The translations under genes and the position numbers were made by a program. Positions 54,349 to 62,682 of a stretch of 64,000 nucleotides of DNA are shown here, one piece after another (the stretch's first letter is position 1; each line of letters begins with the position of its first letter). The notes under the pieces are model-generated. The model had not been told where the DNA came from and did not search any database. It saw only the letters and a list, made by a program, of their open reading frames with translations. The DNA lies in sequence record SRR31156797_5453. One strand, given 5' to 3'.

Positions 54349-54377
54349 AAAAAGACGAAAACTCTTCGTCTTTTTTT
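54349..54377 (+). terminator. Terminator-like hairpin downstream of the carbonic anhydrase gene
   Basis: aaaagacgaa-aactc-ttcgtcttttttt. Confidence 0.7.
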
Positions 54378-54546
54378 ATTTTTATATTCTATGACCATGA
54401 AGGCTATGCTAAAATTTTAAATAAGCTGATTCTCGGCAGTTAATGCATTGTGAAAATAAATACAAATAAAGTTTTTTTGGGAAAAAGAGCAGACACGGTA
54501 AAGCTTTTTTGGCTGAGTATTTTATAGTGAAAGAAAGGAAATCCAT

Positions 54547-55464
54547 ATGCATGCATGGGAAGCAATCCAAAAATCCATCGATTTTATCGAAGACAATCTT
54601 GATGAGTCGCTAGAGATCGAAACGTTAGCACAAGTCGCATCACTTTCTGTATTTTATTATCAACGCTTATTTACTCGCTTAGTTAAAATTTCTGTTAGGG
54701 AATATATAAAACTGCGTCGTCTGGCCAGAGCCGCTGTTTTATTAAAAGACAGAAAAAGTCGAGTCATTGAGGTCGCATTTGAGGTTGGTTTTAACAGCCA
54801 TGCAGCATTTTCAAGAACCTTTAAGACCGTTTATGGACTTTCACCTTCTCTTTACCAAAAAGCGCCGATCGGTTTGCAAAATTTTGATAAGCCGGATCTA
54901 TCTTTAGGGTATATTGTCACAGAAGAAGGCAATCCATTGATCAGCGAAGGAGTCGTTTTGGAGATTCAGAAGAAGCGAAATCAGCAACCGCTGGTTTTTT
55001 GTGGCGTTGTTGGTTACTATCCATTTAAGTATGGAAAAATGCTGGGCCAACGAACAGGGATTGATCCGATTGACGATATTTGGCATGATTTTTATCAAAA
55101 GACTGCCAATCAGCCTCGCACCGATCATTGCCTGATCGGTGTTTCATTTCCGGGAGATGCGCCTGAAGGCTATTCAAGTTATTTTGTTGGTCAAATATCT
55201 GATGGTTCGCAATTTCTCAACTGCACTGAATGGACTTTACCAGAACGTGAGTATATTGTTTGCAGTTTTGATACGGTCTCAGAGCAACTGATCATCAATA
55301 TGGGAAAGGCGATGCGTTATACCCGTTTTTGGCTCAAGAAAAATGGCTGGATTGCTGAGAATTTTTTTCCTGAGCTTTATCAAAAAGGGGAAAATCATGT
55401 GGTTCATGTCGAATTATGGATTCCTTTTAAAAAAAGAATTAAGATGCAAGGAGGAACAGAATAA
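54547..55464 (+). CDS. AraC-family regulator with N-terminal HTH and C-terminal GyrI-like effector domain
   Basis: IDFIEDNL, YIKLRRLARA, VGFNSHAAFSRTFK..YGLSP; C-terminal ELY...VELWIPF. Confidence 0.88.
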   Translation: MHAWEAIQKSIDFIEDNLDESLEIETLAQVASLSVFYYQRLFTRLVKISVREYIKLRRLARAAVLLKDRKSRVIEVAFEVGFNSHAAFSRTFKTVYGLSPSLYQKAPIGLQNFDKPDLSLGYIVTEEGNPLISEGVVLEIQKKRNQQPLVFCGVVGYYPFKYGKMLGQRTGIDPIDDIWHDFYQKTANQPRTDHCLIGVSFPGDAPEGYSSYFVGQISDGSQFLNCTEWTLPEREYIVCSFDTVSEQLIINMGKAMRYTRFWLKKNGWIAENFFPELYQKGENHVVHVELWIPFKKRIKMQGGTE

Positions 55465-55955
55465 TGACCCACCAGTATGAAGAAGGAATAAAGCTGCTTG
55501 AAGAAAAATTCGGACATTTTAAAGACAATGTGATTGCCCTTGCGACGACAGCTTGTGACAAAACTGTAGAGGGACACATACAACCAGTCGTTCGAGAAGT
55601 TGATGCTTTTTATGAAGAGGGCGTTTTTTACGTGTCGACACACGAGCAATCCAATAAAATCAAGCAAATCAAAAAGAATCCAGCAGTTTCCATTGCCGTT
55701 AGCGGTGAATGGTTTACTGCGGTCGGTCAAGGGGAGAATTTAGGTTGGGTGCTAGACCCTAAAAATGCAGAATTAAGAAGCAAAATTCGCAAAGCCTTTG
55801 TCTGGTACGACGAAGTCAACAATGAGAATGATAAAGGCTGTTGCTTTCTAGCAATCCATTTGACCAAAGGAACGTTGAATATCAATCATTGGGAAAAGCT
55901 GTATCATTTTGATTTCGAGAAGAAAGTCACTATGGAGGATGGTGGAATTTATTAG
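55464..55955 (+). CDS. Pyridoxamine 5'-phosphate oxidase-like FMN-binding protein
   Basis: ALAT, PVVREV, FYVST...KIKQIKKNPAVSI; coupled to the AraC gene (TAATG). Confidence 0.82.
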   Translation: MTHQYEEGIKLLEEKFGHFKDNVIALATTACDKTVEGHIQPVVREVDAFYEEGVFYVSTHEQSNKIKQIKKNPAVSIAVSGEWFTAVGQGENLGWVLDPKNAELRSKIRKAFVWYDEVNNENDKGCCFLAIHLTKGTLNINHWEKLYHFDFEKKVTMEDGGIY

Positions 55956-56111
55956 CCAACAGAACCTACTGGCTGCAGGTGAGTTTCAATTGCCATTCTA
56001 TCGGATCTAGCAGATACTTCGATGGCTAAATTCTGAGAAGGTTTGCCTTTTGTGGTTTAAGCTAAGGAAAATTGTCGCTGAAAGAGCAGTAGATAGAAGG
56101 AAAAAGCATAA

Positions 56112-56165
56112 AAACCGATCACAAGCGCGTGCCTCTTCGCAGCGCTTTTGTGGTCGGTTCTTTTA
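56112..56165. terminator. Terminator-like hairpin between convergent genes
   Basis: aaccgatcacaagcgc ... gcgcttttgtggtcggtt flanked by A and T runs. Confidence 0.6.
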
Positions 56166-56208
56166 TTGATTACACTATGATTTTTTGATCCGAATAGACT
56201 GAGAGCAG

Positions 56209-57909
56209 CTAGGACTGTTTTAATCTCAAAATTCCCTCATCAGGTGTCACAAAAAGCGTTTTTTGATTCTCATAAATGACGAATCCAGGCTTGGCACCAT
56301 TCGGTTTCCGAATATGTTTGACTTGCACGTAGTCCACCGGTACTTGGGCAGATTGACGATATTTTGAGAAATATGCGGCAAGCTCTGCAGCTTCCATTAA
56401 GGTTGTCTCACTAGGATCATCCGAACGAATGATGACATGCGAACCAGGAATGTTTTTAGTGTGCAGCCAGATATCACTCTTACGAGCTGTTTTTAAGGTC
56501 AGTTGGTCATTTTGTAAATTGTTTTTTCCGACGAAAATTTCAGTTCCGTCTGAAGAAAGAAATCGTTCTGGTTGCGAAGGAGCGGCTTTTTTACGCTGTT
56601 TCGTCCGATTTTTGACATAGCCTTGTGCAATCAGTTCTTCCCGAATAACCGCCAGATCCATTGGAGAGGCGATTTCTAATTGGGCTAACACGGATTCGAG
56701 ATACGCGATTTCTTCTTTCGTTTCGGCAATCTGCTGATGGACCAGTTTGACAGCATTTTTTAATTTCTGATAACGTTGAAAATATTTCTGAGCATTTTGA
56801 TTGGGAGAAAGAGCGGGATCTAATTTGATCGTCAAAAGCCGATTCTCATCATAGTAATTTTCCAAATCAACTGAAGCAGCACCACGGGGGACTTGATTCA
56901 TAAAGGTCGTCAAAAGCTCACCTTTTTGACGAAATTCTTCGGCGTTTTCTGAATCGATTAACGTTTGTTGGCGTTTCTTTAACTTCAATTGGTTCCGTTT
57001 CAGTTCATTCTCAATCTTCTTTAGTAATTCGCCACCTTGTTGTTTGACCCGATCTCTTTCCGCCTTGTCGTGATAAAACGCATCTAAAAGCTCGCTCAGA
57101 CTCTGATAAGAGGTGACAGTGGTGGTCGCATCGATCAATGATGGATAGGGAATTGGTGTAAAATATTCCTTTTTCTCTGACTGGAGATAACTTGGTGCTA
57201 GCTCCTGGGTAAGCTCTGTAAAGAAAGCTTCCCACTGACGCAGTTTTTCATTGGGATTGGCATTGATTCGAGCGATTAATTCTTCTGCTGTATCGCGGCC
57301 TAAGCCTTGGAATCGTTGTTGAAGTTCTTTTGCCGTCAAGGGATCGATGGTCGATAATTCTTCAAAAATTTTGGTGCGAGAGGCTGTAAAAGGATTAAGT
57401 GTTGTTTGCTTTGGTGGTGCAATATAAGTAGCACCCGGTAATAAAGTACGATACGTATTTTGTGAATGACCAATGTGTTTGATTGTATCGACAATTTTTC
57501 CGCTCGTCTTATTCATTAATAAAATCGTGCTGTGACGGCCCATCAATTCGACAATCAAGACGAGGGATTGTAAATCACCTAGTTCATCTCGTCGAGTAAA
57601 ATGAAAATGGATCACACGGTCATTGTCGATTTGTTCGATTGATTCTAAGATCGCCCCTTCTAAATATTTCCGCAGCATCATCAAGAAATTCGGTGGGGTT
57701 TCTGGATTGCTATAGGCGATCGTTGTGCATTGCACACGAGCATAGGTGGGATGTGCGGATAGCAAAAGTTTATGATTTTTCCCTTGGGCACGGAGCACAA
57801 ATACGACCTCATTTTCATAAGGTTGATGAATTTTGTTCACACGTCCACTGGTTAATTGATTTTGTAATTCTTTGACCATTAAATGGGTAAAAACACCATC
57901 AAAAGACAT
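56209..57909 (-). CDS. rqcH: Ribosome quality-control NFACT protein RqcH (FbpA/PavA family)
   Basis: MSFDG start, IEQIDNDR, VELMGRHS, VGKNNLQND, WLHTKNIPGSHV, AAYFSK, KPGFVIY. Confidence 0.95.
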   Translation of the reverse strand: MSFDGVFTHLMVKELQNQLTSGRVNKIHQPYENEVVFVLRAQGKNHKLLLSAHPTYARVQCTTIAYSNPETPPNFLMMLRKYLEGAILESIEQIDNDRVIHFHFTRRDELGDLQSLVLIVELMGRHSTILLMNKTSGKIVDTIKHIGHSQNTYRTLLPGATYIAPPKQTTLNPFTASRTKIFEELSTIDPLTAKELQQRFQGLGRDTAEELIARINANPNEKLRQWEAFFTELTQELAPSYLQSEKKEYFTPIPYPSLIDATTTVTSYQSLSELLDAFYHDKAERDRVKQQGGELLKKIENELKRNQLKLKKRQQTLIDSENAEEFRQKGELLTTFMNQVPRGAASVDLENYYDENRLLTIKLDPALSPNQNAQKYFQRYQKLKNAVKLVHQQIAETKEEIAYLESVLAQLEIASPMDLAVIREELIAQGYVKNRTKQRKKAAPSQPERFLSSDGTEIFVGKNNLQNDQLTLKTARKSDIWLHTKNIPGSHVIIRSDDPSETTLMEAAELAAYFSKYRQSAQVPVDYVQVKHIRKPNGAKPGFVIYENQKTLFVTPDEGILRLKQS

Positions 57910-58017
57910 ATTGTTTCCCTCTTTTCTTATAAGGATAGTTTGACTGAGGGATTGATCCTTCCAATGTCAAATATTCCTATCTATTATACCGAAGAATCCA
58001 AAGAAAAGCCATGGCAG

Positions 58018-58416
58018 CTAGCTTTCCTTTTTCTTGTTAGGTTGGTGATCGGTGGTTTGCAGTGCACGCTCAATTTCTTTGTTCAAGAAATAAGAGATGA
58101 CTGTTCGAATAATAACGACTGCAGCTAGACGTACGATGTCTTCGAAAGTAGGGTGGATGATCGTCTCAATAATATCTGCTGCAATCAAGATCTCAAGACC
58201 TAATAAGACATAACTCCCTAAATAATTGCGGATAAAATTATTCTCTCTGGCTGCCACCAAACGGTCCTTTTCTGTTAATTCGTAGCGCACGAAATCAATG
58301 CCTGCGATCAATACACCCCAAACGATGACGAAAATGGAGAGAAAGTTTAAACAGACAACAATGAAATCGAAGATTGGGTTGGCTCCAGTCATCAAAGAAC
58401 TAGCTAGATTATGCAT
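58018..58416 (-). CDS. DUF1622 membrane protein
   Basis: LGSYVLLGLEILIAADIIETI and IRTVISYFL motifs; AGGAG RBS. Confidence 0.85.
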   Translation of the reverse strand: MHNLASSLMTGANPIFDFIVVCLNFLSIFVIVWGVLIAGIDFVRYELTEKDRLVAARENNFIRNYLGSYVLLGLEILIAADIIETIIHPTFEDIVRLAAVVIIRTVISYFLNKEIERALQTTDHQPNKKKES

Positions 58417-58542
58417 AATGACTCCTTTACCGTTTTCTTTTATCTTACCGAATTATCGAAGAAATGTGAAGTTTCTTGACGTTCTAGAAGGGAATTGATA
58501 GTATGAATTAATAGTAGGATTTTTAAAAAAGGTGGGCAAATT

Positions 58543-59118
58543 ATGGAACAAGTTAGGAACTTTGTTCATTACACGAAAGAAAAAACAGTGGAAAGCTGGC
58601 AGGCTTTGTTAGATGATCTATACCGAGATCAGAAAAAAACGATTTTCACGCTGATCGGAGGCATTCTTTTCGCGCTGGTTTTTGCAGGCTTGATCGTTTT
58701 TTCTCAAAATCGCATCAACGCCTCTTTAGTGGATCGAATCGCTTTCGACAAGTTACCTTCGGAAAAAGTACAGCCATTACCATATTTGACAGCTGATAAG
58801 ACGATTCGAGAAACAAGAGCGATTTCTGTGATGTACAGTAAACCAAATGGCCCACAGCTGGATCAAGTGTTTGATCTGATCCAAGCACAGGAAGACGAAA
58901 TGAATCGAACATTTTTTTATTATCCGATCGTCTATGACGTGGCATTTTTCTCCAATGAATATGACATTGATCCTGATAAAGTGACCTTTGTCTTCTATGA
59001 AGAAGGAGTCGAGAAAAATCGCTTTACTTTTGATTCATTTGAGCAGCCAACGACGGAATTCATCCCAGAATTGAATCGTTTACCCATGTGGACGATTCGT
59101 TCTTCTGCCAATGATTGA
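58543..59118 (+). CDS. Membrane-anchored thioredoxin-like protein with no CxxC
   Basis: One TM; ISVMYSKPNG...FFYYPI...YDI..VTFVFYEEGVEKNR follows a thioredoxin-fold pattern; no Cys in the protein. Confidence 0.6.
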   Translation: MEQVRNFVHYTKEKTVESWQALLDDLYRDQKKTIFTLIGGILFALVFAGLIVFSQNRINASLVDRIAFDKLPSEKVQPLPYLTADKTIRETRAISVMYSKPNGPQLDQVFDLIQAQEDEMNRTFFYYPIVYDVAFFSNEYDIDPDKVTFVFYEEGVEKNRFTFDSFEQPTTEFIPELNRLPMWTIRSSAND

Positions 59119-59149
59119 TAAAAAAATCTGACAATTTGACAGAAAATTG

Positions 59150-59178
59150 TTGACGTTTTTTTATCAATAGGCTAAACT
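59150..59178 (+). promoter_or_regulatory. sigmaA promoter for the Trp leader and ABC transporter
   Basis: TTGACG-17 nt-TAAACT. Confidence 0.75.
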
Positions 59179-59222
59179 GAATTCAATCAAGAAAGAAAAC
59201 AAGTTGAGAAGGAGGAACAATC

Positions 59223-59276
59223 ATGAAACTATTTATTCCATTGCAAGTGAAATCATGGCAAAACTGGCGTAGATAG
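59223..59276 (+). CDS. Putative Trp-sensing leader peptide MKLFIPLQVKSWQNWRR (17 aa)
   Basis: AAGGAGG RBS upstream; two TGG codons at 59256 and 59265; stop overlaps an attenuator helix; lies upstream of a TrpX-type transporter. Confidence 0.85.
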   Translation: MKLFIPLQVKSWQNWRR

Positions 59277-59434
59277 TTGTATTGATGGGACCTCATTCCA
59301 TAGATACAACTTTTTAGAGAACCTTCTAAAGTGCTGTATCTATGCTGGTAGTTGAATTTATCGCCGCATAGGACAACCTTCTATGCGGCTTTTGCTTACT
59401 TGCAATTGCCGTCACATAGGCAGTTGCTTTTTTT
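59275..59434 (+). promoter_or_regulatory. Attenuator with alternative helices and two terminators
   Basis: Helix 59275-59290/59296-59311; competing 59299-59308/59335-59344; antiterminator 59339-59349/59363-59372; terminators at 59363-59393 and 59402-59434. Confidence 0.8.
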
Positions 59435-59495
59435 GTTCTCAAAAACCGTAAAAACGAAAACATGAAAAACTTAAGCAGAAAAAGGAGAATGAAAA

Positions 59496-60548
59496 ATGAA
59501 AAACAAGGGATTAATTGCATCGGTTGCCGTTATTTTATTATTTTTAGGAGCGACCTTTGTCTATCAGTTAGGAATGAGAAGTGGGACCAATCAAGCCAGT
59601 GAGACTTCGGAACCAGTAGAAAAAGCTGAAAAAACAGTTGGGATCCTGCAGTTTGTCAGTCATGAAGCGTTAGATGCGATCACCGAGGGGATCAAAGAAG
59701 GCCTTAAAGAATCAGGCTATACCGAAGGGGACAACTTGACGATCGAATTCCAAAACGGCCAAGCGGATCAAAGTAAATTGGCAACGATGAGTCAGCAGCT
59801 GCTAAATAAAGATGCCGACGTTTTGGTTGGGGTAGCAACACCCGCAGCACAAGCGTTGGCGAATGTCACTCAGGATGTACCAATCGTTTTAGGAGCGGTC
59901 ACTGATCCAGTTGGGGCAAATCTCGTGGCAGATATGGATCAACCCGGCGGAAATATCACTGGTGTTTCAGATAAAGCACCCGTCGCTGCGCAAATCAAAC
60001 TAGCAAAAGATTTGCTACCGGAGGCAAAAACAGTCGGCATTTTGTATTCTTCGACCGAAGACAATTCGAAATACCAAGTGGCAGAAGCAGAAGCTGCTGC
60101 CGAAGAAAATGGCTTGACCAGCAAATCGTATGCCGTTCCTTCAAGTAACGAAATTGCTCAAATGGTGCAAGTGATGGCACGAGAAGTCGACTTTATCTAT
60201 ATTCCGTTAGATAATACGATTGCAAACGCAATGCAGACGGTAGTACAAGAAGCCAATAAATCAAAAACGCCCATCATCACGTCTGTTGATACGATGGTGG
60301 AACAAGGCGGCTTAGCAACGGTTGGGCAAGATCAATTTACGATTGGGGTCGAAACCGGGAAGATGGTGGCAGCAATTCTTGACGGGACGGCCGAACCTGC
60401 GACAACGCCGATCTATACATTCAGCGATGGCGAAACGATCATTAATGAAACACAAGCGCAGTTATTGGGAATCACTATCCCAGAAAACCTCAAAGACGAG
60501 GCAAAATTGATTACAACGACACCGGAAAGTGAAGCAAGTGATGAGTAA
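59496..60548 (+). CDS. trpX: ABC transporter substrate-binding protein, TrpX-like (aromatic amino acid)
   Basis: VGILQFVSHEALD, NGQADQS, ATPAAQA, AVTDPV, GGNITGVSD, SSTEDNS, DNTIA; the Trp leader supports Trp specificity. Confidence 0.85.
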   Translation: MKNKGLIASVAVILLFLGATFVYQLGMRSGTNQASETSEPVEKAEKTVGILQFVSHEALDAITEGIKEGLKESGYTEGDNLTIEFQNGQADQSKLATMSQQLLNKDADVLVGVATPAAQALANVTQDVPIVLGAVTDPVGANLVADMDQPGGNITGVSDKAPVAAQIKLAKDLLPEAKTVGILYSSTEDNSKYQVAEAEAAAEENGLTSKSYAVPSSNEIAQMVQVMAREVDFIYIPLDNTIANAMQTVVQEANKSKTPIITSVDTMVEQGGLATVGQDQFTIGVETGKMVAAILDGTAEPATTPIYTFSDGETIINETQAQLLGITIPENLKDEAKLITTTPESEASDE

Positions 60549-60623
60549 CAATTAGGAACAGCAATCACCTGCGATCACCGAGAGAGTCTTGAAAGAGAAA
60601 ACTTGTAAGAATATGGAGGAAGA

Positions 60624-61511
60624 ATGATGATTGTTTCAGCAATAGGGCAAGGGCTACTTTGGGGAATCCTGGGATTAGGGATTTTTATGACCTATCGTAT
60701 TTTGAATTTCCCGGATATGACGACGGAAGGGTCCTTTCCGTTAGGCGGTGCTGTCTGTGTGACAGCGATCACCCATGGGGTGTCGCCCGTCTTAGCGACT
60801 TTGTTAGGAGTATTGGCTGGGATGTGTGCGGGCTGTGTGACAGGACTTCTTTATACAAAAGGCAAAATTCCCGTGATTTTAGCAGGTATTTTGGTGATGT
60901 CTTCATTGAACTCGGTCATGCTGTTTGTGATGCGCTCACCAAACCTCTCTTTATTAAACCAACCGAAAATTCAAGATTTTTTTACTAGAATGAATTTACC
61001 GAATTATTATGATACGGTGATTATCGGATTGATCATGGTCTTGTTGATTGGGGGCGTCTTGGTTTACTTTTTCCATACCAACTTGGGTCAAGCTTATATT
61101 GCTACCGGGGATAATGAACACATGGCCAAGTCAATGGGAATCAATACGGATCGAATGAAAATCATTGGACTGATCGTCTCCAATGGCGTGATCGCACTCT
61201 CAGGCGCATTGATCGCTCAAAACGACGGCTACGCCGACATAAGCAAGGGAATCGGTGTGATCGTTATCGGACTGGCGTCAATCATCATTGGTGAGGTATT
61301 ATATGGTGAATTGACCTTGCTGGAACGTCTGATCGCTATCGTGATCGGCAGCATTATCTACCAATTATTGATACTATTTGTGATCAAAGCTGGATTTGAT
61401 ACGACTTACTTGAAGATCTTCTCTGCAATCGTCTTGACGATCTGCCTGTTGATCCCTCAATTTAAACAAGCCTTGCATCTACGCACTGGTTTTGAAACGG
61501 AGGATGAATAA
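60624..61511 (+). CDS. ABC transporter permease (TrpY-like)
   Basis: RILNFPDMTTEGSFPLG, ATGDN, GVIVIGLASIIIGE. Confidence 0.9.
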   Translation: MMIVSAIGQGLLWGILGLGIFMTYRILNFPDMTTEGSFPLGGAVCVTAITHGVSPVLATLLGVLAGMCAGCVTGLLYTKGKIPVILAGILVMSSLNSVMLFVMRSPNLSLLNQPKIQDFFTRMNLPNYYDTVIIGLIMVLLIGGVLVYFFHTNLGQAYIATGDNEHMAKSMGINTDRMKIIGLIVSNGVIALSGALIAQNDGYADISKGIGVIVIGLASIIIGEVLYGELTLLERLIAIVIGSIIYQLLILFVIKAGFDTTYLKIFSAIVLTICLLIPQFKQALHLRTGFETEDE

Positions 61512-62269
61512 TGTTAGCCTTAAAAAAAGCCTTTAAAGTTGTCGGCAACGGACCGAATGAGAAAAAAGTGCTCTTGAATAAAATCGATCTTTCTTTAAAA
61601 CCAGGAGAATTTGTCACGGTCGTCGGAGGAAATGGCGCCGGCAAAAGTACGCTATTCAACTGCATCTCAGGCACCATGCCCTTGACGAGTGGGCAAGTGA
61701 TGATCGATGATCAAAACGTGACCGCACTTTCGGAAGAAAAACGTGCCCGCTTTTTGGCACGTGTCTTCCAAGACCCGAAAATGGGCACTGCTCCCCGTAT
61801 GACAGTGGCAGAAAATCTGCTGTTAGCACAAAAAAGAGGGCAAAAACGGTCACTTGGTCTTCGACAACTCCAAGGACAAAGGGAAATGTTCTTTGCGCTT
61901 TGTAAAGAAATCGGCAATGGGTTGGAAAATCATTTGGATACGCCAACGGGCAGTTTATCTGGTGGTCAACGACAGGCACTAAGTTTATTGATGGCAACGA
62001 TTCAAACACCAAAACTGTTGTTGCTAGATGAACATACGGCTGCGTTAGACCCAAAGACCTCCAAACAGCTGATGCAAATCACTGCAAGACGCGTGGAAGA
62101 ACAAAACCTAACTTGTCTCATGATCACCCATCGGATGGAAGATGCATTAAAATACGGAGACCGCCTGATCCTGCTCAGAAAAGGGGAAATCGTCAAGGAT
62201 CTTTCAGCAGATGAAAAAGCTCGCTTAAGTTTACCAGAACTGTTACTGTTCTTTGAAGACGACTTATAA
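61511..62269 (+). CDS. ABC transporter ATP-binding protein (TrpZ-like)
   Basis: GGNGAGKST, RVFQDP, LSGGQRQ, LLLDEHTAALDP, ITH. Confidence 0.93.
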   Translation: MLALKKAFKVVGNGPNEKKVLLNKIDLSLKPGEFVTVVGGNGAGKSTLFNCISGTMPLTSGQVMIDDQNVTALSEEKRARFLARVFQDPKMGTAPRMTVAENLLLAQKRGQKRSLGLRQLQGQREMFFALCKEIGNGLENHLDTPTGSLSGGQRQALSLLMATIQTPKLLLLDEHTAALDPKTSKQLMQITARRVEEQNLTCLMITHRMEDALKYGDRLILLRKGEIVKDLSADEKARLSLPELLLFFEDDL

Positions 62270-62334
62270 GCCCTTGATAGAACAGTGTTTTCAAAAAAAA
62301 TAATCAAATAAATGAAAAAAATAAGAAAAAATCA

Positions 62335-62363
62335 TTGACATCTTTCAAAGTTAAACCTATACT
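62335..62363 (+). promoter_or_regulatory. sigmaA promoter of the aro operon
   Basis: TTGACA-17 nt-TATACT. Confidence 0.9.
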
Positions 62364-62398
62364 TAGGTCAATCTTACATCAGTTTGGAGCGAAGGACT

Positions 62399-62464
62399 AT
62401 GCAAAAATTATTGCTAACGAACCCCACACAACTGAATAAATATTACTTTAGCTATTTTAGATAG
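62399..62464 (+). CDS. Putative Tyr/Phe-sensing leader peptide MQKLLLTNPTQLNKYYFSYFR (21 aa)
   Basis: Starts about 30 nt after the inferred transcription start; GGAG and AAGGA upstream; TAT TAC TTT AGC TAT TTT cluster just before AGA TAG; precedes aroE-aroF. Confidence 0.85.
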   Translation: MQKLLLTNPTQLNKYYFSYFR

Positions 62465-62663
62465 GTTTGTATTCATGAAGGCATGGGTACAAACGCTAAG
62501 TTTGTATCTATGATGGCTAGAGCATTTCGTAATGAATTCGCAGCCACGTAGATCGTAAAATCTATAGTGGCTATTTTTTATATTCACATATCGGCGCTGT
62601 CGCTATGTAATGTTTGAAGGTGTTCACTGTAGATTCTTAAATTTACGGTGGACATCTTTTTTT
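62465..62663 (+). promoter_or_regulatory. Attenuator with alternative helices and two terminators
   Basis: Helix 62465-62477/62482-62494; competing 62482-62494/62500-62512; antiterminator 62506-62518/62542-62553; terminators at 62542-62579 and 62617-62663. Confidence 0.85.
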
Positions 62664-62682
62664 GTTGAAAGGAATGAACCAG

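Noticed and set aside
59180-59495. T-box upstream of trpX (also checked upstream of aroE)
   Set aside because: No GGTGGxACCGCG T-box consensus or stem I motifs seen in either leader; the uORF-plus-helix model fits better.
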